The notes: generated by a model from the letters alone, not told the origin. 32,000 bases of DNA from an uncultured Nitrospiraceae bacterium (GCA_963705105.1 CAVPIW010000006.1:639332-671331), one strand, 5' to 3'. Shown: positions 14,663 through 26,700, numbered from the stretch's first letter. Made by a program: numbers and translations.

Positions 14663-16951
14663 TACAGGACGATCGTCACCGTCGCCCCTGTGGAGACGTG
14701 AGCCCCGAAGTCCCATCGCTGCATCACCTTCCTAAGACAGTCAGCGACGGGTTTCGATGCCGCAGAGGTGACGGACGTCACCTTCCCCTTTTTGATGACG
14801 ATGGACAGCATGATCTGACCGTGAAGCCCTTTGCCTGCGAGGCATCTTTTCATATCGACAAGTTTACCGCTGAGCACCGCCTCAATCCCGGCTTTGTGCT
14901 CCCTCCGGTCCGCTTCGACCTTCGTGATGCGAAGAGAAAGGTCCCCCTCGCCTTCCGAGCGGCCCGTTTTTTCCTTCGCCGCGTCCTGTGCCATTTCTTT
15001 CCGCGACGTCTTGCGCTCCATGACTCCCAAAGCCTGAGGCGCCGCCGATGCCACGGCATAATTTGAAACCCCTTCGGGCAGGGGAAGCGGCTGCTTTATC
15101 GTCGTCGCATTCCCTCCGGCGTTCCTGACGAGCGTATCGACGGCGACGAACGAGGTGTATGCCGTCAGAAGGCTGTATTGCAGACCGAGCCTCGTCACCT
15201 CGCCGGTCCTGCCCTCGTCGGACCTGAGCGCGTTGTAGTCCGACAGGAGCGCCACCCTGTTCCTCGCCCAGAGAAAGCGCAGCGCTGAGTTCCTTCTTAT
15301 CGGGCTTTGCTGCACCCACATCGATGACTTCCGAGTGCTTCGAGTTCCCGGTGATACCGCCGACCCTGATGGTGCCTCCCGGCCTGCCCTTCCATTTCCC
15401 GCAGATCACTACGGGCCGGTCGGCAAGCACATCCGGAACCGAAGGGGGGTCCACATCGTAGACCTCGAATCCCCGGTAATCGATAGAGATGTTGGTGAGC
15501 ACAGGGGACTGGATGAGCTTCCGGAAGGCCGTTGCCTTCTCCCGGGCTTCCTCCGCCCTCGTCACCACGAAAGGCTCTCCCGCGCCGACCCTCGCCATGC
15601 CTTCGATAAGATGCCTGTTGACGGCTGAGCCGATGCCGAAGGTGAACATATTCGCGTCACCGAGATGTCTTCGCATGAGATCGAACACCTCCTCCTCGAC
15701 GGTCACATAACCGTCCGTGACAATGACCACGGTCCTCGAAAACCCCTTCGACCCCGGCAGGGAAAGGGCCCGTTTGAGTGCCGGCAGCAACTCTGTTCCT
15801 CCTCCCCCCGTCTGCCTTTCGATCACGTTCACCGCCTTCGCAATGTTCTCCTGCGTCGCAGGCAGCGACTTTTCGGCCATCACCGTGTTGCCGCCGGAAA
15901 AGAGGAGCACGTTGAAGACATCCGTCGGTCTCAGGCCGCCGATGAGGTCCTTCAGGAGCTTTTTCGAAATATCCAGGGGAAAGCCGTGCATCGATCCGGA
16001 CACGTCGACGATGAATATGTACTCGCGGCCGGGGATGTCTTTCGCTGTTACCCTCTTCGGCGGCTGCACCGTCAGGAGAAAGAAGTTCTCCCTTTCGCCC
16101 TCATAGAGGAGGAGTCCGGAGCCGATATGCCTGTCCGCCAGGGTATATCTCAGGATGAAATCCCTGTTGCCCGATCCTGCCTGCCCCTTCGCCAAAGAGA
16201 CCGCTGCAGAGGACGGCCCGCTGTAGCGTACATCGATTTTGTGCGACGGCGACGATATGCCGCTGACGGGAACGCCCGTCAGCAGGCTCGTCCTGATCTC
16301 GAATGAATAGGTCGGCGCCTGGCTTTCCTTCAGATAGGGGTTGCTCACCCACTTGTCGCCCGGGGACGTACCGCTTCCCGCATACCTCGGCCCCACGACG
16401 GTCGGGTAGACGAACTCATAGATCCCGTCGGTGGGCACGACGATTTCGGTGTATTTGAGTTCAACCTTCACCACGTCACCGGGCATGATGTTGCCGACGG
16501 TCATCTGGAAGACATTGGGCCTCTGCTGTTCCAGGAGCGACGCCGTTTTGCCTTCCCTGACCGCCTCGTCGTAGCGTTTTCGTGCCTCTTCCTTTTTTTG
16601 AATCACCGCGGTGATCGTCCTTTCCCCGATCGTCATCTTCATACCATATACCGCCGCCCGCGTCGAAGCAGGAAAGACATAGACGGCCTCGATGGCCTTT
16701 TTACCGCGGTTTTCATAGACCTGCGTCACCTGTACATCGGCGATCACCCCGGCGATGTTCACCGCAGCAGATGTCGACGTGAGGGGCAGGCTCTCCGCGC
16801 CCTCATCACCGCCGGGGACAAAGAAGTACGGCGCCAGGGTCCTGTCCCCCGATTCATCCTCCTTCGGCCCGTCGACTCCCTTCGACCAGCACAGACCCGA
16901 TACAACGAGAACAACGGCAACTGCAAACCCGATCAACTTCATTCTCTCCAT
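14662..16951 (-). pseudogene. VIT + von Willebrand factor A domain protein, reading frame broken by a 1-nt frameshift near 15293
   Basis: Start at MERMKLIGF (ATG 16951, AAGGAGG upstream) with a signal peptide. VIT-like region, then vWA MIDAS 'IFIVDVSGSM'. After '...VIDVGAAKPDKK' the long ORF becomes Arg-rich nonsense. The family-typical continuation 'NSALRFLWARNRVALLSDYN...SFVAVD' lies in another frame (track ORF 14662..15321). Confidence 0.7.
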
Positions 16952-17275
16952 GGTGCTTCCTCCTTGTATGAATGGGTTTTGGTTCTTAGATGCCGCAGGG
17001 GGAGGAAAAGTTCCCGAAAAAGACAGGCAATACGAGAGCCGGCAGTCAGCAGTCAATATAACAGTCATAATAACGAGCACCATGGCGATGATGGTCCCGG
17101 GTGAAATCTCAAAGCGCACTACTTCCGCTCGGGCGGGACCATCTTTCGGCGGTGGCTCGTGCCGCTGCCCCTCCCATCGCGATGATGGTGCGTCGTACCA
17201 TGCTGCTCATCAGAGTGAGACGTCTTTTCTCCTTCACCGTCAAGGAAGCCCGCTCACTGCCTGATTGAAGAAGCT

Positions 17276-17305
17276 TTGACATCTGGGGTCATTGTGTGAT
17301 AATCT
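17276..17305 (+). promoter_or_regulatory. Sigma70-type promoter candidate for the Thr-rich protein gene
   Basis: TTGACA (17276-17281), an 18-nt spacer, then TAATCT (17300-17305) preceded by TGa (extended -10-like). It sits about 30 nt upstream of ATG 17337. Confidence 0.4.
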
Positions 17306-17336
17306 CTATCACAAAAAAACAGGGGGGTACGAGATT

Positions 17337-17768
17337 ATGAAGAAGGCATTATTAGCCGGTTTGGCCGTTTTTATCAGCATTGCATTTGTGACGAATGTAT
17401 TTGCCCAGATGTCCGAGAAGAAGGAAACGACTACCACTACCACTACCACAACCACTCCTGCGAAGAAACAAACAACTACCACTACCGCAACGAAAAGCAA
17501 GGGCATGAAGTTCACGGGCGAAGTCACGAACATGGATATGGCAGGGAAGATGATGACCGTGAAAGGCAAGAAGGGCGACATGACCTTCGACGTTTCAAGC
17601 GCCAAGATGAAGGGCCAGGTTAAGGCCGGCGACATGGTTACGGTGAAGTACATGGAGAAAGACGGCACGATGATGGCCTCTTCAGTCACCAAGGGGAAAG
17701 CGAAGAAGACGACGACCACAAAGACCACTACCACAACAACAAAGACAAAGGAAGAAACCACGAAGTAA
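17337..17768 (+). CDS. Secreted Thr/Lys/Met-rich low-complexity protein with a small central beta-type domain
   Basis: Start at MKKALLAGLAVFISIAFVTNVFA (signal peptide) rather than the upstream track start 17292. Poly-Thr tracts (TTTTTTTTTT, TTTTT, TTTTKTTTTTT) flank 'MKFTGEVTNMDMAGKMMTVKGKKGDMTFDV...VKAGDMVTVKYMEKDGTMMASSV'. Confidence 0.7.
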   Translation: MKKALLAGLAVFISIAFVTNVFAQMSEKKETTTTTTTTTTPAKKQTTTTTATKSKGMKFTGEVTNMDMAGKMMTVKGKKGDMTFDVSSAKMKGQVKAGDMVTVKYMEKDGTMMASSVTKGKAKKTTTTKTTTTTTKTKEETTK

Positions 17769-18170
17769 GAATCCAGGTCATACCCAGGGACGGGGGAGAC
17801 AGAGCGAGTCCCCCCTGTCCAGCACAATCAACGCATCAACCGCGTCAGGCGCTGTTCCTGAGAGTATAATGGGGTTGATGTCGATTTCTTAAACATCGTT
17901 CCGCCATCGCTTATGTTTACATAGACCTCCGCTCCTCCCTTTCCTTCACGCCGTGGAAGCAAAAAAGCAAGAGGAATGCCTGACATATCAGGAGACTCCT
18001 GATATGTCAGAAGACGGCACTGTTCGCAATATCATTCCCTCATCGCAGCATTCGCTGAAGTTCCTGTCATTTCAAAGTCTTAAAGGATCCTTTCTTTCAA
18101 CGCAGGTCTTGGCACAACTTATGCTCATTAACATTATGCAGTAGGCGTTTAGAGAGAAAGGAGAAGAGTC

Positions 18171-18251
18171 ATGAACACGGAAACCTTACTTATCATCATT
18201 TTTTTGATTTTGATCTTCGGCGGAGGTGGATTCTGGTGGAGTCGACGTTAG
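18171..18251 (+). CDS. Candidate 26-aa hydrophobic micro-protein (MNTETLLIIIFLILIFGGGGFWWSRR)
   Basis: ATG is preceded by AAAGGAGAAGAG at good spacing. It has one TM-like segment followed by GGGGFWW. It is too short for the ORF track and I cannot assess conservation. Confidence 0.35.
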   Translation: MNTETLLIIIFLILIFGGGGFWWSRR

Positions 18252-18432
18252 GTATTCACAAAGACAGGAGGAGGCAAATCAGGGTCGTTTTTCTTGTCGT
18301 CAGTCGTAGCAGTCAAGTCGAAATCCAAAAGGGGGAATGTCATGAAATCCAGCATGAAGGACAAAGTGAACCCCAGCTCGATAGGAGTTTTCTCATATGA
18401 CTTCTGCGTAAGGGGAACTTAGGAAAAAACCC

Positions 18433-20745
18433 TTGTTGAAACATGGATGGCAAGAAAAACTCTATGAGACTTTTTCAGGGATCTCAACCTGGTCCCGGCG
18501 TATGCTCGTGGGCGCCCTATCGGTGGTTCGGGGAATCCATAGAATCCGTTTAGGCAAACTGCTTTGGCTCGTTTACCCCCTCATGTGCACAATAGTCATG
18601 ACGTCCGCTCTCGTTGCAGCCGGATTTCATTACATCTGTTTTGATCGAACCAACCTGCCTGACATAGAACCGTTCGCCCGGTTTGACTTTCCTGCGATCG
18701 GCTGCGTCTATGATGCCGATGGCCGGCCGCTCATTGAGGTGGCAAGAGAGTACCGGCGGATCACTCAGTATGACGACCTGCCGCCCATTGTTCGTAATGC
18801 CATCATCGCCACTGAGGACAAGAACTTCTTCTCACACAGTGGAGTTGACTATTCCACAATTCCTCGCGTCTTAAGCAAGGTGCGGATAGGCGCCTTGGTG
18901 TCCCACCTTACACGATCGGCGGGGAAAGAGGAGGTTACCAGTGGCGGCATCTTCCCGCAAGGCGGATCGACAATCACGCAACAGCTCGTGCGAGGTCACT
19001 TCCTTAAAAAGCTAACGGCTCAGGAAAACAGCGCACCGCTCCTGCACGGAGCACTTCTGCTCCGCGCACTGTCTTACGTGATCGGCCCACGAAGCGTCAA
19101 CAAGCTGTTTCGGAAGCTGGAGGAGATGAGACTATCGTTGTGGGTCGAGGATGAGATGCAGAAGCGTTTCGGTTCTAAACGCCGGGCAAAGGAAGAAATT
19201 CTGGCACGATATGCCAGCTTTGTTTACATGGGCAACGGTCAGTACGGAATTGCGAGAGCGGCTGAATACTACCTTGGTCGGCCTATCAACACGTTCACCG
19301 TGGATGATGCTGACAAGGCAGCGCTGCTGGCAGGCATCGCGAAGTCGCCTCGTTTCTATGCGCCCGGCGCTAAAGAAACCGCGAGAATCTTGCGCCGAAG
19401 AAATCAAATCCTGGCTCTTATGGCAGTCAACGGTTTTATCTCTCCGGACAGGGTGAGAGAGGCTGAGCAACGCCCGATTCAGGTGGTCGCGCCGCACAGG
19501 GACAAAAGGCCTCAGGCGGCGGCGGTCGTTGAAAGTGTCCTGCAGGAGTTAAAAGCCCGCAGCGCCGACGTCGGCGTTGAAGACCTTCTGCAGGGACGTA
19601 TCCATGTTTACTCGACAGTGGACGCCCGTGTGCAGCAAATTATGAATGAGGCGATGGAGCGCGGCCTCGAGCTTTATGAGAAACGACACCCGAGTTCCAA
19701 GGGGCTAATCCAGGGAGCTGTCATCGTGCTGCGGAACGGCGATGCGAGCATCCTCGCCGAGACAGGAGGTCGTCAGTTTTACAAGGGCCGCTCCACCTCA
19801 TACGGCGACTTCAACCGCGTCACGCAGTCCCTGCGACAATCCGGATCCGCAATGAAGCCCATTGTCTACCTCGCTGCTTTTCAGCAGGGAACATTTACCC
19901 TTGAGTCTATGGTTCCCGACGAACCGATCGGTGTTCCGGATAGAGGGGGAAAAAGTACGAAATGGGTCTCAAACTACGATGGCAAATTCAAGGGCGTGAT
20001 CACACTCCGGGAGGCGCTTGCAGAATCCAGAAATACCGTTACGATTTGGGTTGCAGAGCAAATCGGCATTGACAGCGTCCTGCGGACGTCTTGGAGGCTG
20101 GGGATCCAGACGCCGTTGCACCCATACGCCTCGACTGCGTTGGGCGCCTCGGAAGTGAATTTACTGGAGCTGGCCAATGCATACCGAGCCATGGCATCGG
20201 GCATCCTCATCCAGCCGTATGTAATCCGGAAAATCGTCCGCGATCTGGGCGAGGTAGGGGCTGATAAAGAGGGCAAGCTGTCGCCGGTCGAGGTCCACGA
20301 CGACGCTCTTTCTCTCATTCAGGAGGGCCTGCGCGGTGTCGTGCGAATTCCCACCGGTACGGCTCATGCACTTGACTCCAGAGGTTTCCCGATCGCCGTT
20401 ATGGGAAAGACAGGGACGACAAATGATTTCAGGGATGCGCTCTTCATAGGCTCGACGTACGGCCGCGAAGGAATCACTATAGCGGTCCGCATAGGCTTTG
20501 ACGACAACCGTTCCCTCGGGCCGGAAGAAACCGGCGGCAGGGTAGCTCTTCCGGTGTTCAAGGAAATCATGCTCAGAGTATACCGAGAAAGGCTTGCAGG
20601 GCCTGTGCCGGAGTTTCCTGCTCAAATGGAACGGAATATTAACGCTTACCTTAAAGGCCATTCGGCCGGAACGGCAGCGGTGACAGACACTTCTCTTGCT
20701 GCGATGTCTGAATTTCGGGTCGTCTCTGCCGATCAGGAGAGATGA
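18433..20745 (+). CDS. PBP1A-family bifunctional penicillin-binding protein (GT51 transglycosylase + transpeptidase)
   Basis: GT51 motifs: EDKNFFSHSGVD, GGSTITQQL, RKLEEM. Transpeptidase motifs: SGSAMKP (SxxK), SRN, KTGTT. The track start is TTG 18433. An in-frame ATG at 18502 is an alternative start. Confidence 0.9.
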   Translation: MLKHGWQEKLYETFSGISTWSRRMLVGALSVVRGIHRIRLGKLLWLVYPLMCTIVMTSALVAAGFHYICFDRTNLPDIEPFARFDFPAIGCVYDADGRPLIEVAREYRRITQYDDLPPIVRNAIIATEDKNFFSHSGVDYSTIPRVLSKVRIGALVSHLTRSAGKEEVTSGGIFPQGGSTITQQLVRGHFLKKLTAQENSAPLLHGALLLRALSYVIGPRSVNKLFRKLEEMRLSLWVEDEMQKRFGSKRRAKEEILARYASFVYMGNGQYGIARAAEYYLGRPINTFTVDDADKAALLAGIAKSPRFYAPGAKETARILRRRNQILALMAVNGFISPDRVREAEQRPIQVVAPHRDKRPQAAAVVESVLQELKARSADVGVEDLLQGRIHVYSTVDARVQQIMNEAMERGLELYEKRHPSSKGLIQGAVIVLRNGDASILAETGGRQFYKGRSTSYGDFNRVTQSLRQSGSAMKPIVYLAAFQQGTFTLESMVPDEPIGVPDRGGKSTKWVSNYDGKFKGVITLREALAESRNTVTIWVAEQIGIDSVLRTSWRLGIQTPLHPYASTALGASEVNLLELANAYRAMASGILIQPYVIRKIVRDLGEVGADKEGKLSPVEVHDDALSLIQEGLRGVVRIPTGTAHALDSRGFPIAVMGKTGTTNDFRDALFIGSTYGREGITIAVRIGFDDNRSLGPEETGGRVALPVFKEIMLRVYRERLAGPVPEFPAQMERNINAYLKGHSAGTAAVTDTSLAAMSEFRVVSADQER

Positions 20746-20778
20746 GGAGTTGCGTTCAATTCAGGGACGAAGGCCCTC

Positions 20779-23700
20779 TTGCCTTCCAGTTGCATGGATA
20801 ACAAAGTGAGGAGACCCCTGAGTTATAGAAAACCATTGGCTTTCAGAATGAAGGAGACTTCAAGGTTGAAGGTGAGAGACAAGACCATGCTCGGAAGCCT
20901 ACCTCTATTGCGTGCGGGCTTCCGCGAAGCAGACCTGGCAGAAAAGTGCGCCGTCTGCGAGCCTCCGTTGAGATCGGAGTTGTTCAGCAGCGATCAGATG
21001 GAGCAGCATGGCAAGACCCTGGCGGGCTTGCACAAATTGAGCCCCCTCTATCCTCCTGATCAGCTCCTGGCCAGACTGGCCGAGAATGAAGGCATCCTGA
21101 CCGGAACCCGTCGCCTGCTGACGGAGGCGGTCGCGACGGGTCGTCGGATTACGCCGGCAGGTGACTGGTTGCTCGATAACTTCTATCTGATCGAAGAACA
21201 GATACGCACGGCCAGGAGACACCTGCCGAAGGGCTACAGCCGGGAGCTTCCCCGCTTGCGGGACGGCCTTTCGGCCGGACTTCCGCGCGTGTATGACATC
21301 GCTTTGGAGACGATCTCACACAGCGATGGGCGCATAGATCCGCAAAGCCTCAGCAAATTCGTTGCTGCCTACCAGACAGTCACCGTCCTGAAGTTGGGAG
21401 AACTGTGGGCCATCCCTATTATGCTGCGGCTCGCGTTGATCGAGAATCTCCGGCGCGTTGGGGCACGGATCGCTGCCGACAGGCTCGACAGAAACCAGGC
21501 TGATTATTGGGCGGACAGGATTACCGAGATCGCGGGGAAGGACCCGAAGAGTCTGATATTGGTCATGGCGGACATGGCGCGGTCGGACCCGCCTCTGAAG
21601 AGCGCGTTCGTTGCGGAATTTGCCCGCCGGCTTCAGGGCCGGGGCCCCGCACTGGCAATGCCGCTCACATGGATTGAGCAGCGACTCCTGGAGTGCAGTC
21701 TCACGATCGAACATCTGGTGCAGTCCGAGAACCAGCAACAGGCGGCTGATCAGGTCTCGATGAGCAACAGCATCGGCAGCCTCCGCTTCCTCGGCATGAT
21801 GGACTGGCGCGAGTTCGTCGAGACGATGAGCATTGTCGAGCAGACCCTGCGTGATGATACGGGCGGTACATACGGCAGAATGGACTTCTCCACCCGTGAC
21901 CGTTACCGCCACGTAGTGGAGAAAATGGCAAAGAGCGGCCGTCTGTCGGAAGACGAGGTGGCAGCCGAAGCGGTGCGGCTCGCGCATGAAAGCGCGGCCG
22001 GCAAAGACGGCGGTCAGGGTGGTGATGATCGCGCCGCCCATGTGGGCTATTATCTGATCGACAAGGGATTGCCGCGGCTTGAAGAGCTGGCGCAGTTGCG
22101 ATTGTCCGTCTCCGGGGCCCTTCGGAAAGTGGGTTCCCGGTTTCCCCTGCTTCTCTATCTGGGCGCGATCACGTTCATGACGGCGATTTTTACCGGTGGG
22201 TTGCTGGCGAAGGCGTATGCTGACGGCTTGCCTCTTTGGCTGCTCGTGACGACCGGTATCCTCTCAGCGTTGTGTGCAAGCCAGCTCGCTCTTGCAGTGG
22301 TGAACTGGCTTGCGACATTGCTGGTCATTCCGCTGCCGCTGCCGCGAATGGACTTTTCCAAAGGCATCCCGCCTGAGTCCCGGACCCTCACGATTGTCCC
22401 GACTATGCTGACAAACGCCCAGGGCATCGAGGACCTGATCGAAGGTCTGGAAGTCAGGTTCCTTGCAAATCGCGACGACAACCTGCACTTCGGCCTGCTG
22501 ACCGATTTTCAGGATGCGGCAGAGGAAACACTGCCGGAGGACGAACCGCTGTTACTGCTGGCCCGGCAGAGAATCGAGGGACTGAATGAAAAGTACGGGA
22601 ACACAAAAGGCGACAGGTTCTTCCTTTTTCACCGCCCGCGCAGGTGGAATGCCCGGGACCGGGTCTGGATGGGTTATGAGCGCAAGCGGGGCAAGCTGGC
22701 GGCATTGAATGCCTTTTTGCGCGGCAGGAAGGATGACGGAACAGATGGTCTCTCCGGAAATCCCTTCTCGCTTGTCGTCGGTAATACGGAAATCCTGTCC
22801 GACGTAAAGTACGTGATCACCCTTGATACGGATACTCAGCTGCCGCGCGATGCGGCGCGGCAATTTGTGGGAACCATGGCGCACCCGCTGAACCGTGCGC
22901 ATTACGACGAAGGCAGGCAGCGCGTCGTTGCCGGGTACGGCATCCTTCAGCCGCGTGTCGCGGTGAGCCTGCCGGGCACAAACCGCTCTCGGTATGCGCG
23001 CCTGTACGGGAGTGATCCCGGCATCGACCCTTACACGCGCGCCGTCTCGGATGTTTACCAGGACGTCTTCGGTGAAGGCTCCTTTACCGGCAAGGGAATC
23101 TATGACGTCGACGCATTCGAGAGGACCCTGGGCGGACGTTTTCCCGATAACCGAATCCTCAGCCACGATCTTATCGAAGGGTGTTACGCCCGTGCAGGGC
23201 TGTTGAGTGACGTCATGGTCTACGAGGAGTATCCATCCCGCTACAGCGCGGACGTGAGCCGCCGGCACCGTTGGATTCGCGGGGATTGGCAGCTTCTGCG
23301 CTGGCTGCTGCCGGCAGTTCCCGGCCCTGAAGGGCTGCGCCAAAAAAACCCTCTCTCGCTATTGTCCCGATGGAAGCTCTTCGACAATCTTCGGCGCAGT
23401 CTCGCGCCATCGGCATTGATACTACTCTTGCTGCTGGGCTGGGCGGTCATGTCATCGCCGTGGTTCTGGACCTTGTCGGTGATGGGGATCATTTTTATTC
23501 CTTCTTTGATAACCTCTGTCCTGGACTTGCTCAAGAAGCCGGACGATATACATTTTGCGCAGCATCTCCCTGACGTCGGACGCTCCACCGCCGGGCGTCT
23601 TGTTCAGGTTGTCTTTACGCTTGCCTGTCTCCCCTACGAGGCGTTTTTCAGTCTCGATGCGATTGTGCGGACGACCTGGAGAATGCTGGTTGCACGCAAG

Positions 23701-26700
23701 CGGCTCCTCGAATGGAGTCCTTCGGGCGACGCGGATAAAAATACCCGCAGCTCCCGTATGGGTGGTCTCGCCGGTGTCTGCCGGACGATGTGGTTCGCTC
23801 CCCTTCTTGCCTCGGCAGCGATAGTCTGTCTGGCCCTTTCCAACCCCGCCGCCCTGGGAGCGGCTGTGCCCATACTGTTGCTCTGGTTTGCCTCACCCGT
23901 TATCGCCTGGCGGATCAGCATGCCTCTTTCCCGCAAGGAAGCGGGGCTCATGCCCGACCAGACCGCTTTTCTCCAAAAGCTTTCCCGAAAGACCTGGGCC
24001 TTCTTCGAGACCTTCGTCGGCCCCGAAGAGCATTGGCTGCCGCCTGATAACTTTCAGGAGCACCCTGCCCCTGCCGTTGCTCACCGCACGTCTCCCACGA
24101 ACATGGGACTTTCGCTGCTGGCGAATTTGTCCGCCTATGACTTCGGCTACATTTCGATGGGGCAGCTCATCGAACGCACGACGCGTGCCCTCTCCACGAT
24201 GGAGGCACTGGAGCGCTATGAGGGCCATTTTTATAACTGGTACGACACGCAGTCTCTGAATCCCCTGCCTCCCCGGTACGTTTCGACGGTGGACAGCGGG
24301 AACCTTGCGGGCCATCTGCTGACGCTGCGGCAGGGGCTGCTTGAGCTTCCCGACCGGACGGTCCTGGGTCCACGGGTGTTTGAGGGACTCCGCGACACGC
24401 TATGGGCGCTCCTGGAGGCCGTTGCCGAAGAGCGTCTTGGAGGCGCCGTTTTTGCCGTGCTCGGTCAACTGGAGACGGATCTGGAAGAGGCGTGCAGCGT
24501 GCCACCGGCTGAGCCGGCGGCGGCGCGGCTCCGCCTCGAACAACTCGCACGGCAGGCTGAGGAGGCCTTTTCCAGTATAGTTATGCGGGGTGGCGGCCAG
24601 GAGAATCAGGCCGGATGGTGGGCGAGCGCCTTTGCCGGGCAATGCCGGGACGCACTCGGGGAACTGACGCTTCTTGCTCCTTCGTCAGCTCCCGGCATTG
24701 ACGGGATACCGACGCTCCGCGCACTGGCGGACATGGGAAACGGTCCCGCCGCTGAGAGAATCAGGGCTATCGAAAAGCTCGTGCTGCATTCGGGCGAACT
24801 CAGCCGCATGCAGTATGACTTCCTGTTGGACCGGTCGAGTCATTTGCTGGCCATCGGGTACAACGTCGACGACCGCAGGCGGGACGCGAGTTACTACGAC
24901 CTGCTGGCTTCGGAAGCGAGGCTCTGCACTTTCGTTGCCATTGCTCAGGGGCAAGTACCGCAGGAGAGCTGGTTCGCCCTGGGCCGCCTGCTCACGAACA
25001 TCGGGGGAGAGCCGATCCTCGTTTCCTGGAGCGGTTCGATGTTCGAATACCTCATGCCGCTCCTGGTCATGCCGGCGTATGAGCGGACGCTGCTCGACGA
25101 GACCTGCAAGGCGGCGGTGGCCAGGCAGATCGAGTATGGGAGGAAGCGCGGGGTACCCTGGGGCATTTCGGAATCCGGCTACAACACAATCGACGCTCAT
25201 CTCAACTACCAGTACCGCGCCTTCGGCGTTCCCGGACTGGGACTCAAACGCGGGCTCGCCGACGATCTGGTCATTGCGCCCTATGCCTCGGCGCTCGCGC
25301 TGATGGTGGCGCCCGAGGAGGCGTGCCTGAATATGCAGCGGCTCGCTGCGGAAGGACGTGAGGGCATATTCGGCTTCTATGAAGCAATCGATTACACTCC
25401 TTCACGTTTGCCGCACAGACAATCGAGTGTCGTGATCCGGTCATTTATGGCTCATCACATGGGCATGAGCTTTCTCTCCCTGGCCTATCTGCTTCTGGAC
25501 CGTCCGATGCAGAAGCGATTCGAGTCGGACCCCTTGTTTCAGGCAACGACGCTTCTGCTTCAGGAGCGTGTACCGAGGGCCGCGGGATTCCATCCGCAGA
25601 CCGCCGACCTCTCCGTATCACAGACGGCTGCCACCGCAGAGGAGACCTCCGTGCGCTTTTTCAACAGCCCGGACACGCCCTTTCCCCAGGTGCAGTTGCT
25701 GTCGAACGGCAGGTACCACGTGATGATCACGAACGCCGGCGGCGGGTACAGCCGATGGAAGGACATCGCAATCACGCGCTGGCGTGAAGACAGTACCTGC
25801 GACGACTGGGGCACGTTTTGTTATATCCGTGAGGTGGCGAGCGGTGAGTTCTGGTCAGCGGCATATCAGCCGGCGCTCAAAGGGTCGAGGCATTATGAGG
25901 CGATTTTCTCGGAAGGCCGGGCCGAGTTTCGCCGCCGGGACCACGACTTCGAGACACACACCGAGATCGCTGTTTCTCCCGAGGATGATATTGAGCTGCG
26001 CCGGATTACGATCACCAACCGCGGCCGGACACGCAGGGAGATCGACGTCACGAGTTACGCCGAGGTCGTCCTTGCTTCACCTGCCGCAGACATGCTGCAT
26101 CCTGCGTTCAGCAATCTTTTTGTTCAGACGGAGATTATCGGTCACAGGCAGGCGATCCTCTGTACCCGCCGCCCCCGCTCCGTCGAGGAGCACTCGCCTT
26201 GGATGTTTCATCTGATGGCCGTCCACGGGACGGAGACGGGCGAGGTTTCCTATGAGACCGACCGCCTGCGGTTCATCGGTCGCGGAAACACCGTTGCCGA
26301 CCCGCAGGCCCTGAGCGGCCCGGCCGCGTCAGAAAAAACGGGCGGGTCTGCCGCGCTTTCGGGCAGTGAGGGCTCAGTGCTCGATCCGATTGTCGCCATA
26401 CGGTATCGCATAGTCCTTGATCCGGAAAAATCGGCAACGATAAACATTGTCACCGGTATCGGTGAAACCCGCGACATCTGTATGGGCCTCGTGGAAAAAT
26501 ACCAGGACCGGTATCTTGCAGACCGCGTCTTTGAGCTCGCATGGACACACAGCCAGGTGCTCCTGCGGCAGATCAACGCCACGGAGTCCGATGCGCAGCT
26601 CTATGGACGACTTGCCGGCGCCGTGATCTACGCCAATTCTTCGCTGCGCGCCGACCCGGGCGTTCTCATCACAAACCGCCGCGGGCAATCAGGTCTGTGG

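Noticed and set aside
15285-15300. Programmed ribosomal frameshifting as the explanation for the VIT-vWA frame break.
   Set aside because: The required shift is +1 at GAT-AAG-AAG-G. There is no slippery heptamer, no in-frame stop or rare codon at the site, and no obvious downstream stimulatory structure. A mutation or consensus error is more parsimonious.
16952-17119. 56-codon N-terminal extension of the VIT-vWA ORF (track start 17119).
   Set aside because: The internal ATG 16951 has a strong AAGGAGG SD and is directly followed by a canonical signal peptide. The extension has no support and would bury that signal peptide.
17953-18144. 63-aa ORF in the gap upstream of PBP1A.
   Set aside because: It uses a GTG start with no SD and has an unremarkable composition. 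It lies in AT-richer non-coding-looking sequence. Nothing supports it beyond being open.
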